A stretch of 64,000 nt of DNA, taken from Tubiluchus corallicola (taxonomy: Eukaryota; Animalia; Priapulida). The translations under genes were made by a program, and so were the position numbers. The stretch is taken from contig JAQGDQ010000020.1 in the NCBI GenBank assembly GCA_030141605.1, positions 1,240,001-1,304,000 of the forward strand. Direction: 5' to 3'. Positions 1-13,982 of this stretch are shown in pieces (position 1 is the stretch's first letter; the number at the start of each line of letters is the position of its first letter). Below the pieces are notes generated by a model. That model worked only from the letters and a program-made list of their open reading frames with translations, was not told where the DNA came from and made no database searches.

Positions 1-269
1 AAGGGAATTTCAATCTTAAAGTTGATCAAACTTAACATTAACCAAATCAGTTAGTATCACTCTAGCGTAAGGAAGTAACAATGGAAATGCTAAGTTTAGT
101 TAGCCAGCTACAAGGGTTGAACTTGTCTTGACCACTTGGGAACACGGTAATTTATTGGTCTGAAACATCTGCCTTAAGCAGATTGTCCTGGTTCAAATCC
201 AGACAGTGTTTCAACTTTTCACGTTTCCTGTCTCCAGTTTGTTTACAAAATTTATTTAATTGGGTTTGT

Positions 270-1040
<771 letters not shown>

Positions 1041-1279
1041 ACTGATACTACTGTCACCTAAGGCCCTTCACCTTGCAGTTCTCCTTTTGTTGCCGTTGTT
1101 GTCATTGTTACCGCGCACTTTGTTATTAAATAATTTATGCTGTTAAGTAACGTCCATGTTATAAAATGTTTCATCTGTGCAAAATGGGCGATTGCAAAGG
1201 TTTAGCAAAAATATACGGCAGATAAGGCAGAGAATGCCTGCATAGGCCCACGAAAGACAAATAATACTTATTCCCGTGG

Positions 1280-1470
1280 TGACCTGCTTGAGCCTCACAA
1301 AACGCATTCCAGTGTAAGGTGAAGGTGCCTCACAAAATTCATAAGCTGATGAGCCTCATCCACGTGACAGCTCTTAGCCACACCTCTTTACGCCGTGTCA
1401 GAATCTGTTACCCCGTATATAAGCCCCTACTTGGCCTATAAGCTTATATACGTCTAGCGTGACATAAAAG
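1280..1470 (+). promoter_or_regulatory. Putative core/proximal promoter of the P450 gene
   Basis: TATATAA at 1416-1422, E-box CACGTG at 1361, TGACCT half-site at 1280, TAGCGTG (TNGCGTG, XRE-like) at 1455. Short motifs only, so chance matches are likely. Confidence 0.35.
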
Positions 1471-1576
1471 AACGGAATATTATTTCTGTGCAGAGCAAAA
1501 ACTGATCAAAATCAGCGAATTTCTTATGTTTAACAACCACAAATTTTGAACAACTTTTCTTTCAATTTTAAGAAAA

Positions 1577-1982
1577 ATGATGAATTACACTCAAGTTGCA
1601 GAACTTGGCGTTTGGTCTCAGAAATTTTCTGAGCCTTGGAAATATGAGAGCTTCACCGTTTTGGCCTGCTCTCTCTTCTGTCTCCTCTGGTGCTACATTG
1701 TCAAGGGCGTCATTCAAACCTCCTCCAAATTTTCTCTTCTTCCACCTGGTCCGCCAGCTTTTCCTGTAGTGGGTTCCTTGTTCTCTCTCTCGCAGGATTT
1801 GCGGCGAAGTTTTGGCGACTTGGCGCGTAAATACGGTCCGCTGTGTGGACTGTGGCTCGGACCACACTACACGGTCCTCATCAGTGACGCGGAGATCCTT
1901 CGGGAAGCATTCGTGAAAAGAGGAGAGGTGTTTTCTGCGAGGAAGAATCTATTTGTTATGCACGCTGTAACTGATGGATTGG
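1577..1982 (+). CDS. Cytochrome P450 (clan 2, CYP2-like), coding exon 1 of 7
   Basis: ATG at 1577, hydrophobic N-terminal anchor, then PPGPPAFPVVGSL proline hinge and KYGP..LWLG....VLISDAEILREAF; GT donor at 1983 (phase 1). Confidence 0.93.
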
Positions 1983-2266
1983 GTAGGAAATATTTGTTTA
2001 TTGATTATTTATTGATCAATAGTTATTATTTTATTTATTTATTAATGAGCGTTTATTTATTAAAAAAATTGTTTAAAATGTGTTGTTTGCATGAAGTTTT
2101 GCAAACCATTTTATTTACGCGTTGAACGTACAAGTAATATTGAATTTTCATTCCATCTGCCTTTGGAAAATATATCAACTTCTCTGTCAACTATGTGCAG
2201 TGTGCACATACGACAGTGTTAACTACATGTAGTTCGTAAAAATTTCCAGTGTCGATTTGATTTCAG

Positions 2267-2440
2267 GAATAGTTGACAATGTCAATCCCGGATTGTGGAA
2301 GAAACAACGAAAATTTGCTGTTACCTGCCTGAGAAAGATGACTAAAGAACACCTGCATGACGTCACAGAACGAGAATTTCAATTGATGCTATGTGATTTA
2401 GCAACAATGGATCCTGGAAGTAGCCTAGTGGAACGTTTTG
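2267..2440 (+). CDS. Cytochrome P450, coding exon 2
   Basis: tttcag acceptor; C-helix WKKQRKF (WxxxR); gtaag donor at 2441; phases match. Confidence 0.92.
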
Positions 2441-5216
2441 GTAAGGATAAGTTTTGTGTGTAAGGCTTATTTGACATTAAAACAGTTTAAGCTAATTTGT
2501 TAAATTGATTTCTTTTTGGAATTACGTAAAAAAACAGTACATTTTTGCAGTATTTAAGATATGGTTTACGCTGATAGTTTAGTAAGGTGGTTTACACAGG
2601 TTTGCCTATAATTATGTTTACTTCGATAGTTTACTGGAATCGTTTATGCACAGTTTAGAGATTTACTTAGCTGACATGTTTAATATGTTTTTCATTTGCT
2701 TAAAATAGATGTAGTGAGATGGTTTACTCAAAGAGTTTCTAATCTGGTGTACTAAAATTCAAGTGATTTACTCAGACGAATTACAAAGACTATTTACTCA
2801 AGTGCTTTACTGGAAGTGCTTGCTAAAACGATACCTACTTTGATTATTTACATTCAGTTTTTCACAGATGCTTTCCCCCAATCACAGACAGTTTACTCAA
2901 CTGAGGCTTATTCCATTCAGAACTCTCAAAGGATGTTCACATTGTTTAGGTTTTGCATTATTCGGATATACGTCGTCACGTCTCCCTTACCTGGATTTAA
3001 ATGAAATGCCGACAAAATTGCACAGTTGCCAATGTCTGTCAAAAAGTTTTTTTCATTTTTCAGTCACACTCCACTATAAAAAAGGAATATAATAATTAAG
3101 CTTAAATTTTGATTTATGCACATTTTTATGCGATCATCTGAGGATGGAAAACCGATTTTAGCCATGCTTGAGTATTTCGGGTCCACCAACGCAAACGGAA
3201 CATGCAAGGCAAAGTAAACAAATAAACAAACAATGACGTAAACAAACACAGTCTCTATGACAAATCGGAGGAAATTAGATAAAAACTGTCAGAAGTCGCA
3301 ATTAAGTCAACTAACTACGCACGTTCGCCTTTGATTGCTCCTGCAAACTAGTTTACACCTGTTTACACCTGTAGTCAAGGTCACAAAGATCTGGTACGCC
3401 ATCAGCTAGAACATTATGACCTAGCACCATGTAAACAAAGTCGGAGTGCGGATCGTAGTGATGTGAATCGAATTCTGATCAGGACATTGTGACCCGTCAT
3501 ATAAACGTAACGTATACTTTAAATGCCTTATAGAAACTTGTCAAAACTGGAAACCAAGGCCAGTAAAACTCGGTAGAACTTTTTGACCTAGAATGCTGAT
3601 GATAATGTAAACAAAGTCGCATCGTACAAACCTAGCACTTAGGACAAAGTGACCCAGAGTTTACAGATTCAGAGTTGGAAATGTTAGTGATAGTGGTTGA
3701 GGTGGCGCCAGGGGCAGCTGCATTGATGATAATGATTATCACGACGATGTTCGAGCTTGTGTTGATGTTAATGGTGGTGGTGGTAGTGGCGATGGTGATG
3801 CTGATGGTGTTGGTAGCGGTGGTTTTAGTGGTTGCAGTGGAGGTGGTATTTTTGGCATTGAATTACCGATGATTACGGTGACTATGATCATAATAATGTA
3901 GCGCAGGTGCTTGGGCGGCCCACTCTGCACAACCTCTACCTTTATTCCAAAACTAATGTTACATGTCACCCCTAAAAGTACCAGTAGTTCAAACCTAAGT
4001 CTTCTAAATTATTCTTTTACAAATGTTTCGGTTATTTGTTAAATCTTCCCACCTTTTTGCTTTCAACCAATCAGGTTTCACTTTGTCTCAATCTCTGACT
4101 TGTACACTAGTTTGGAGAAGGTTATAAAGAGAGGGTAAAATCTGCTGTACTTTGGAGCTACAGTGGTAATCGGATTGTGAAGAGTTGGTGGTTCTTGTGC
4201 CTGTGTTTCTTCCATCAGACTTAGAGTTTCTTACTACCTGCTATATGGCAAGTTAGGTATCAGTCTATCCACTTCATTTCTTTGTTCTGTTTTTCTTTAA
4301 TTTGTTTAAAATCTTATCATAGTTTGTTTCGGCCTTGTAATATTTAAATCTCTTTCCAGTTAGATAGTCAGCATTATTTAATTCAGCTTTGTTTAATTGT
4401 GGTTAGGCTATTCCCCCTCCGTACCTGCAGGCCCGATCCACCGCCGGGTGGCGAGGTGTCACCAGCAGTTCAATAATGATAATGTTGTTAATATTGATAA
4501 TAATGACAGTGGTGGTACTGATGGAGTTGGCGATGACAGCAGCAGGAGCAGTGGCAGCAGTGCTATCAGTGAGGCTAATGGTGATGGTGATGGTGGTGGC
4601 AGTGGTGCTTGTGGTGAAGGTGGTGATATCAACAGAGATAACAGAAGTAATTAAAGTGACATTAGTGGTAATGGTGAAGATTACTGAGGTGGAAGAGATT
4701 TTGATAGTGGATTTGTAATGATGATGATGATGATGATGACGACGACGATGATGATGATGATGACGATGGCGATGATGATAGTTGCGATAATAAGAATGTG
4801 TAACGATGAGCGAAACGATGGACAAGTTAATGTAAGTCATCGTAATACTGGTAGTGCTGCTTGAGACCGATTTTGTAGGACCAATGGTGCTCTATTTAGT
4901 TCTTTGGCAGTATTGGCATTCTTTGACAGTAATTTTGATTTGACCCTGTAAATCATCGACGATTCTTCTGAATATCTGTTGATGGTCCTCTTGATGTTTT
5001 TGATGCTTTTTCCTGAAGATATGGTGCTCATCATGTTTCTTGACGATCCTTGACCCTGAAATCTGTAATTTGATGTCATTGTTTTTATATCTGCAAGCGG
5101 CATTTCTAAGAATTGTTTTTTTTCAAAGTTCAAAGAAGGTGGAGAGGGGTGCTTTTTATGACATTCTAGCTTTTTTCTCAGCACTCTGTTCAACATGCTT
5201 TATTTTTTCTCAACAG

Positions 5217-5393
5217 GAATTTGTTTTTCATCTATTATAATCAAGTTGATGCTGGGCGAGAAGAGTTTCCAGCGGGGCGGAAGTGCACACCGGAAGTTGT
5301 TGCATTTGATGATGGAAAACATTCACCTGTTGAACATTACCGCCCCTGTCAACACTTTCAGTTGGATGTATTATATTCCTTCACTTAAAAAAG
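5217..5393 (+). CDS. Cytochrome P450, coding exon 3
   Basis: ttttctcaacag acceptor; GICFSSIIIKLMLGEKSF...FSWMYYIP (E/F helices); gtatg donor; phase 1/1. Confidence 0.88.
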
Positions 5394-5864
5394 GTATGTT
5401 GCTTGCTGAAGGAAGTCATGGTTGGGGTGATAGATAGGCAGTAAAGGGTGAGCAGCTTGAAAATAGTTTTGCCCCTATATTTGTTGTTTATTTTGTTTTT
5501 TTATTCTGTTGTTGTTGTGTTGTTGATAAGTTGTTTATGTGTTCATTATTCAATAGCTTATTCACTCGTCTACTCTTTCATTCACTCGTTTATTTCAACT
5601 TTTATCGTTCACTCATTTGTTTATTTTTCAGTTGGTGTTATCTAATTTGTCTGTCTGTTTGTTTCGCTCATTTGTCGTTTGTTTGTATGTTTGCTTGTTT
5701 GTTTATTTGTTTGTTTGTTTCTTTGTTACTTACTTGCTTATTTCTTCTTAATTTGATTGTTGTTTATTCATTTGTTCATTCTTTCTTTTATTGCTTTTCT
5801 CATTCGTTTTTATTATTCGTTTGCCAGTTTTTGTTTCTTAATTTTTGCAAGCTTTATTTTCCAG

Positions 5865-6029
5865 CTTTCAAGCAGCTGATGCAAAACAGGAATGAAATCC
5901 GGGAGATAATCAGAGAAGTGGTTACAGAACACAGGAAACACCACAATCAAGACAATCCACTGGACTTTGCTGATTTCTACATCAAACGAATAAGGACAGA
6001 AGAAGTGAATGGCAGCACAGATTTTAATG
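5865..6029 (+). CDS. Cytochrome P450, coding exon 4
   Basis: ttttccag acceptor; EHRKHHNQDNPLDFADFYI (G/H helices typical of clan 2); gtatga donor; phase 1/1. Confidence 0.92.
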
Positions 6030-6224
6030 GTATGACGTACGTGAGTTCCCTTCACAAGAACTAAGCTCCGCCCACATTTGCTTTTATTGCTTCTCCCAGT
6101 ACTGTTCTTATTGAGGGTCCCTGTCGTGAGTATGTCTTATACAAGAGAAGCTAGTTGCGCTAGATTAATTCTGTGCAAATGTGGGTGATGTTTAGTAGAG
6201 GTAAAGGTTCAGTCGCTAACTTAA

Positions 6225-6727
6225 AGGATAAGAAAACCCTTTATTTACATGAAGCCAAAAAATTCGTTTTGAAATTTTGCATCACTTGCATGTTGTCTTT
6301 TTGCGCACAGAGCTTGTATTTAACAGTAACGCTGTACAAAACTTGAAAATTTAAACTTCAGCGATGACGCTGTCATTTTAACAATAAGCATTTTAATAGT
6401 AACTAAAAGTACGAAAAAAGGTTTAGCTAACGTTGCTTACCGTTTGAAAGAACGATCAAAGCATTCGTAATGCACACTTCACTAACTAAGTAAAGTATAA
6501 AAAAATTACCTTCTCCTGTTAATAAGATTAATAATACGCCTTTTAATGGGCCTGTGGTGTACACCAGGAAGGCTAGTCAGTGCGTTTTACCAATTAGCGC
6601 AAACATTTTAAATTGCTTTCCTTTTTAGTTATGTAAGTCTTCCAAACAGGCAAGCATAATGCCAAGTAGTGCAACTTTTTATGAAAAGTTTTTTGGTGCA
6701 TACTTTAAAATTGTCTTTTCTTCCCCT
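6225..6727 (+). mobile_element. Kolobok/T2-like TTAA MITE family B, short form (degenerate)
   Basis: ttaa|AGGATAAGAAAACCC start, TTTTCTTCCCCT end; interior homologous to 13520-13982 and 34640-35304. Confidence 0.7.
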
Positions 6728-7132
6728 TTCAGAGAGAGCTAATGTTGAACGCTCGTGCCTTAACTTTGAGTGTAGTTTAACTAAGAGACTATGATAAAAT
6801 ACGTGGGCGTAGCGTATCCGTACATGTATTGTGGACACAAAAACTAATGACAATTCTGGACGTTGTTTAATTACTGCAGTGTAGAAACTGTGAACAATTA
6901 ATGCAAAATCTCAAACCTGTTGCAATATCTTAATCAGAGCAAAGACTGTGAGCAAAAATCAAAGGCAAATTTGTGGATACATCTTAAAGGAGAACAAGAT
7001 CTGTTTGAAAATTTCCTGCCGTTGCAAAATTGTGCCCGTCAATGATGACGTCATTGCTGGAATTTTTCACGTAGATCTTTTAAGATGCACGTCCGTTTAC
7101 GGCCATTTAAACAGCTTTTTAAGCTAATGTTT

Positions 7133-7655
7133 CGGTTTCCAACCTGGGATACTAGTACCCCTTGCGGGTACCAGCGAACACCACAAGGGGCACCGGAGAA
7201 GCCTTTTAAAAAAGTAGTGTTATATAATAATCAGCGGGCGATACAAACATTTCTGTCGACTGTACCAACAATTCATGGTTTTTGGTCGAAGTCTTGACCC
7301 TTGTCCACTGTAAAGCTTTCAGTAAACTTTTTTCCTGTGTAAAGCAGACTTTTCAACGATGGTGACAATCAAGACAAAAGCCCGAAACCGCATTGACATC
7401 CGCGGAGACATGAGAGTCAGTCTCTCTAAAACTGAACCGCAATTCAATAAGTTAGTTTCTGCTATGCAACAGCAGCCGTCTCATTGAACTCTCATTTAGC
7501 GGATTTGATTGGAACAATATGCATTATGCAGATAATAAAAATATTCATGACATTCATGAGTGTTGATTCTTCATTTTGCTTATAGCAGGTGAAGGGGTAT
7601 CAGAAGATAATGTAAAGAAATTAGGAGTACGTGGAGTCCAAAAGGTTGGGAACCG
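7133..7655 (+). mobile_element. hAT (Buster/Charlie-type) internal-deletion element in P450 intron 4
   Basis: Inverted ends CGGTTTCCAACCT / AGGTTGGGAACCG; 7335-7487 translates LCKADFSTMVTIKTKARNRIDIRGDMRVSLSKTEPQFNKLVSAMQQQPSH*, matching the Buster/ZBED5-like transposase C-terminus pattern. Confidence 0.85.
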
Positions 7656-8018
7656 GGGAGTTAAGATTTTAATATAAGGAACATTTAGGCAATTCAGTAT
7701 TACAGGCACTTATTGTATATATTTCAAATTACAGTAAGTTACAGCCTAAAGAAATACCCATTCCCCAAATAGATAACTGGCTTTCCCAAAACAAATTGTT
7801 GGCTTAATTGTCCCTATAGGAAGCTTTTGCAAACAAAAACTTAAACACCGTATTTTTGTACTGTTAACAAATCTATTTTAAATAATGTGCTATTGTTTCT
7901 TGGCATATCGTCATACTTTTATGTTGTAATAGGCCCAACTTTGATACTAAATTAAAAGCGCAGCTATTATACTGTATATTTTTTTTGCCCTGCATGTTAC
8001 GTTCTGTGTGCATTGCAG

Positions 8019-8155
8019 TGGAGGAATTAGTAAGAGTCTGCGCAGACATTGTGATAGCTGGAACAGAATCGACCACAAAGACACTTATTTGGGCGTTGGT
8101 GCTTTTGGGAAGTCATGCCGATGTTGCTCAGAAATTGCAGTCGGAAGTTGATCAG
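8019..8155 (+). CDS. Cytochrome P450, coding exon 5
   Basis: ttgcag acceptor; I-helix AGTEST (AGx[D/E]T-like); gtaga donor; phase 1/0. Confidence 0.94.
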
Positions 8156-8470
8156 GTAGAGCTGCATATTATTTTTGATTGTTAGCATGGGCCCACCAAT
8201 TTTAGGTAGCCTACTTGGTCTATATGTTCCACTAATAACCTATAAACTTTTTTTTGAAATTTCTAATTGTGAAGACTCTGCAAACTTAATTTGTAGTTTT
8301 ACATTACGTAGAAATGATAATGTGGTGAATAAATTTATAAATCGATGATTTTCGATATTTTGGTATGAAGTCGCCTGCCTCCCTGATTGCATGAATAAAT
8401 TTACAGATGGTGCAATAGGAACTCACTCAGCTGTAAAGCTCGAATTTAATGAACTGTAAAAAGCGTAGGT

Positions 8471-9577
8471 TGTAAGAAGTAAATATATCGTTTACGTAAG
8501 GACACTCTAAGATGCTCAGGATAATTAGCTAATATTAGGTTGAGACGGATGTACCGTTTATAATGAGCGATATGCACAAGTTACTGGTAATTAACGAAAA
8601 CTCTGCGAGGTCACTGTTTCTTGAAGAAAGAGGACGGATAAGTTTTACGGGCGTATGATGACTATGTCCTCCGAACTGTCCCATAAATTTTAATGTTTCG
8701 TGCGACGTTCTTAAATGTTGCATGCGACGTTGCAATCGTGCAAGGTTGTTGCAAGGTTACTTCGATGAAATATAAGCTCCGGGTTCGAATAACCCAGAGC
8801 TCGTTCCACCCGATCGTATTGGAGGAGACACGTGCAGTGTGTACGGCAAATCACACAAGGAGGGCTATTTGACAGACGAGACAACTTGGGAAGTTCAGCG
8901 TAGACATTTTTCTGCGTTCCTAGGATAATCTAGGCACTGGACAACGAGAAGTCTTATATCAACTATCGGAGTTGACCAAATTGTACTGGGTACATTGGGT
9001 CAATCCACAGAGTTAAGTAATCTTAACATATTGGTAAACTGAGAATTAACTGTGCATATCGGTAGTTCGCATAAGTTCACATTGTACTATAGGATAAGTG
9101 TAAAGTGTACACCTTAGGTGATAGGAATTGAAGAATTGTTCAGAGAGATACTTTTGGAAAGCTATAAACTAGTTGTACGCGTCAAAAGCGCATAAGGACT
9201 AAATCTTGTAAGCTATCTAGAAGCAGTAATTATTGTAAATCAATAAAGCAATTCTCTTTGACATTTAACGATTGAGTTAATGTATGTTATCAGAGTGTTT
9301 AACTCAAGCAACACTATCTCCGATGTACGAATCTGATTAGTTCGCTTTGAATTAACTAGCGCTCATATTGCGGGAGCGTCGCTAGGAAACTTGAGAGAAA
9401 TAGACCTTTTCTCACAACGCGAAGGTCAAGGTGAAGTTTAGATAAGACGATCATTGCTTACTAGACTGATATCCAAAGCTCTCGGAGTCAGGTGAAGAAT
9501 TCACCTTATAGCAATTAGAAATTAAGCGGACATATTAAATTCAATCTATACGATATATAGATTTAAGTCACCTTACA
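8471..9577 (+). mobile_element. Possible solo LTR in P450 intron 5
   Basis: TGTAAG...CTTACA ends, TATA-like element near 8770, AATAAA near 9242, no ORF; no matching TSD found. Confidence 0.3.
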
Positions 9578-9980
9578 CTATACGATCAAGATTAACGGAA
9601 ACATTAGGCATTTCAATTAAGAAAGGTGATAATAATCTTGGAAGCAGAGTCGATTAATCACAAATATTTATTATTTTAAAAAAAGTGCTGTTTAAGTGCT
9701 CAGTTTTTTAGAAAGAACAAATTACATGTGCGCTGCTATACTTCCTAAAGTAGTTCCTAATATTAGATTAAGTAATTGATATATTAGTTGCTCATACTAT
9801 TACCCCTTGCTCATTATATTACGCCTACAATATTACGCTTATAATATTATGCCTACAAATTATTTCTTGGATGTGATTTTTTAGCAAGTAACAGTAAGCG
9901 TTCGCCTTTAGCCATACATTAGCTGTATGGGCACAGACTGATTAAATTAGAGATTTATGAGTTCTTATTATTTTTTAAAG

Positions 9981-10287
9981 GTTACATGTTCAGAAGAAAA
10001 TCGACGGCTTTCACTGGCAGAAACGCCATTTACTTCAGCCGTCTTGAAAGAAGTGCTGCGATTCAGTAGCGTCGCTTCTATAGGAATGCCTCACGCTACA
10101 TCACGTGACACCTACCTGCGCGGCCATTTTGTACCACGTGATTCAATCGTCATCGCAAATCTATGGCACATCCACCACGACCAGAAAACTTGGGGAGATC
10201 CAACTGCATTTAGGCCTGAGAGATTTTTAGAAAAATCGCAAACACAAGCAGGCAACCCGGCGGACTTTCTTATGCCTTTTGGAATAG
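9981..10287 (+). CDS. Cytochrome P450, coding exon 6
   Basis: ttttttaaag acceptor; K-helix EVLR (ExxR), FRPERF motif, start of heme loop PFGIG; gt donor at 10288; phase 0/1. Confidence 0.95.
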
Positions 10288-10555
10288 GTGCATTTTCTTA
10301 CTGTTAATAGTGTATTAAATCATTCTTCCTAAGTAGTGTAGCTCCCCGTGCTATCACTCCCTGGGAAGAAAGAATCTCGTCATCAACAATGTACACATAC
10401 TTCACTGTCTTAGTAGCCATTCTCTGTCAAACCGCACGCAAGATGTCTGGCAAGTTACGGTACACCACTTAAAAGATGTTCTGTCTTCATCTAATAGTGC
10501 AAATAACGTTTGCCCAATACTCAATTTTACAATACTATGCAAAAACGATCCGTCA

Positions 10556-10721
10556 TTGCTCTAGTGTCAAAAGTGGGTTAAGGAACCTTGGACCATCTTC
10601 ATCGTCCACAACATGATTGATATATAACGTCATACTGGACTTTTTCTCTTTATGGTGTTGTTCACATCAGATGGACAAAGATAGTCCTGGGTTCCTTATC
10701 CCACTTCTGACACCAGTGCAA
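10556..10721. repeat. Fold-back inverted repeat (~44-bp arms, ~75-bp spacer), MITE-like
   Basis: TTGCTCTAGTGTCAAAAGTGGGTTAAGGAACCTTGGACCATCTT versus the reverse complement of the right arm TTGCACTGGTGTCAGAAGTGGGATAAGGAACCCAGGACTATCTT. Confidence 0.8.
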
Positions 10722-11601
10722 CATAGAGGCGTTAATTTTGGGTCTCAAAACGAGTCAAACAGAGTTGAATCAGTTGAAGACAGAATGAAAATTTAGTATA
10801 GAAAGACTTTCTAGACAACTTTAATTGTGTACTCTACGTATGTCAGAGGAAAAGCTACTGGGCCAGTGAAAATATGCGTAGTAGATTAAATAGGACCTGA
10901 TATGCACAACCTTCAATCAGGATTCAGGAACGAGACAAGTTTTTCCCTTGGGGTGTATGTATGGAGGTCTCCCCTTCACTGCAGAAGAACAATTTTTTAT
11001 TTTTAAGTGTATTTTGGTGCTCTGTGAGCATTTTAACTAAGCCGTGACAAACTCAATAATATCAGATTAAAGAAAGGCACAAGTCATTTAACATGTTGGG
11101 TTTATTTAATTGCTATCACTATAATTTAGAAAATATAACAAATAATTGCAAAAAACTGTCTATAAAGCGTAAAGTTAAGTTACTAATAGCGCCTTATAAA
11201 ACTTTCGGGCTCATTGGTAACCAGTATTTACTTGAAAATTACCATGTAACTGGTGGACTTCGTGACTTTTCATAATGTTCATGCAAAAGATCACAAGATT
11301 ATTTTTTCCTAGTTTATTGTAAAACTTATTGTACCTTTTGACGGAAATTGGCAGTACTCCACTGTTCTTCAATCGATGAACTACGTCACTGGTGGAAGAA
11401 TAAAATGGAAGCACCCAAGCATAAATTGATCGCGACTTTAACGTTGTTTTACTAATTATACAAGGCGTTACTCACTCTAAATCCTTCTAACATTTTTCAC
11501 AAACATTGAAATAAGCCTAACTTTGCAGACGGTTTGGCCTTTCCTTTAACATTTCCCATTAAACATATTAAACTACTATTATTTTATTTTTTCGAATTCA
11601 G

Positions 11602-11819
11602 GCCGTCGCATGTGCTTAGGTCGCCACATTGCTCAGACTGAACTCATGACATTTCTGGTTGGGCTTATGCAGCGGTTTGACGTCTTTGTGGTTGGTAATT
11701 CGAAGAACTTAAGTGGCAGCTTCGACGGTTTGATGAACAACCCTCCTGATGTTAACATACAGTTGCTACCAAGAAAACGACTAGTTCGAAACCGTAATGA
11801 AGTCATTTCAAATGGTTGA
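11602..11819 (+). CDS. Cytochrome P450, coding exon 7 (last)
   Basis: Completes heme motif FGIGRRMCLG (FxxGxRxCxG); TGA ends at 11819; spliced CDS is 1584 nt = 527 aa + stop; AATAAA at 12439 and 12472. Confidence 0.95.
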
Positions 11820-13519
11820 ATTTTGCTGAAAGGCACAAGTTTAAACGTGATTACAAGTGCGCGGATGAAATGAATATGAGGAACTTGAATATGAGTATGA
11901 ATATGAGTTTGGGTATGAGTATTGAAATTAACACAGGTCAAAGTATGAAAAAATATGACAAGTGAGCTTTAAAACGCACTTTCTTTATAATGAGTGCATT
12001 AGCCATTGCTAACAGGCCATGTGTTGGTCTATGATTACGTAATTGGCCCACAATTTGAACGTGAAAATATAGAGCTTATAGAGTATTCAGAATTATTCAA
12101 TCTACTAATAATTTCACACGCGAGTTCTTTAAGTAAGCCTATATATGACAACTGTAATACAACATTACAATTGTAATCGTACAAAAACACAACTGCAACA
12201 GTATGTAAAAATTGCAAATAATTGTAAATATTTCTGTAATTGTAAATAACTCTGATGTAATTTTATTGCTTCGTTCTGTCACAGATAATGTTAATTAAAG
12301 ATTAAGTCATGTCTTACATCAGACTTCGTAAATATTGTAAATACCGCAGCTAGGTTTTTTGTAAATAGCTATACTTTATACATATTTTATAGAGTACACA
12401 ATATTTTTGTTCACATAGTTCTGACACATTGTGCACTAAATAAAATTTAAATTAAAATTCATTCATGTTAGAATAAAGCAGTATATTGGTTTTACTTAAA
12501 ATTATTATCATCTTGTACTATATTGTTTTTTAAATACATCTATATCTATATTATCAAAATCATTCATTCGTATTATCGAAAAAACTATATTATCTGAAAA
12601 AATAATCAAACAAGCCAATTAGTTTGGTTCTGACAAAAAAGAACCTTTCAATAACTGCACACGCGAATTGTGGTGTGAATGTCACGCCATATCTAACAGA
12701 TTTGGTATCAGATATAACCATAACAGTAGTTACCAGACGAACCGGATAGCTGCATAGCAGATGTATAAGCAACATGAAACGAAATACAAGCATGTGATAC
12801 TACTGAGCAGCATATCGTAGTTTCTGCGCATGTACGTGCGTTAAGATGTTTCCCATTTGGATAAAGACAGGTCGCTCATGTATTTCACATAAACTTCGTC
12901 GTTCTCAATCTTCACTTCATGGGTCTCTTGCTGAAAAACATCAGAAGTTATACTAGTTTATTTTTTATTCATACACATTCGTTTTTTGTGCTCTTTCCTT
13001 TCCTCGAACGTTTGCTCAATTTCTCCTTACCCGCGCCACTCTCTTTTTTCTTTCACGCATCATTTGTTCGTTCATTCCGTCTGTCTTTCCTTCCGTCTAT
13101 CTGTCCACCTGAAAACCTGTCGGTTTCATCCACCCATATACATCATATATTATATACTTGCACGTATTCCATCATAAACCAACCACTGGACAATTTCCAA
13201 AAGTTTTATTTCGGCCAGTGGCTACTGCCTAGTCACGACCGCTCACTAACTTACCTGTAAACCAAAATTTGTCTTCCCATTTTCCAGATCAAACGAGTAG
13301 CCGTGCCAAGGACAAATAATCTGTCTCGTATTTCCTAAATCTTCAATGTCGCCATTAAACAAAGGGCCTCCTGAAAACGAAGACTGATAAAAACAATGTG
13401 TCTGCATTCTAACATACTAATCATCTAGCAAGTAAAATGAAAGGTCACAGGTTGCCTATCCAGCAATGCAATGCCAACCTTATAGGCATTGCCAAAAATC
13501 CCAATAAATGTGTATTTTA

Positions 13520-13982
13520 AGCACAAGAAAACACTCTTCATAAATAAAGCTTTAAAAGTTCATGTTGAAACATGTTGTCTTACTTGCATACAGAGCTTCT
13601 AACAGCGCAGTAACGCTATAATAAAATTGTAAATTTAAACTCCCGCTATTAACCGTCAGGTGCAGACATTATGGGGGTAAGTCATTTGAAATAAGTTCAG
13701 ATATCATTCCCTAAAGTTTGAAAAGATAATCATAGGATTCGCAGCACACTTTTCACTAATCAAGTAAAAGTTTAAAATTACTTTATATTGTCAGTTAGAT
13801 CAATAATACGTTTTCTGAGGGAATGTGATTCAGGGACGTTTTGCCAGTGAACATTTTAAATTAAGAATTTCCATTTTCAATTACTAAGCATTTCAAACAG
13901 GTAAATATAATTAAGTGCTGAGTAATATAGTTTTGTATGGAAAGTTATTTGGGATATATTTAAAATTCCGTTTTCTTCCCCT
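13520..13982 (+). mobile_element. Kolobok/T2-like TTAA MITE family B, short form
   Basis: AGCACAAGAAAAC start, TTTTCTTCCCCT|ttaa end; homologous to 34640-35120. Confidence 0.75.

Noticed and set aside
140-240. tRNA-like B-box GGTTCAAATCC
   Set aside because: No cloverleaf could be built; at most a decayed SINE head.
4837-5196. 119-aa minus-strand ORF in P450 intron 2
   Set aside because: No recognisable domain or splice context.
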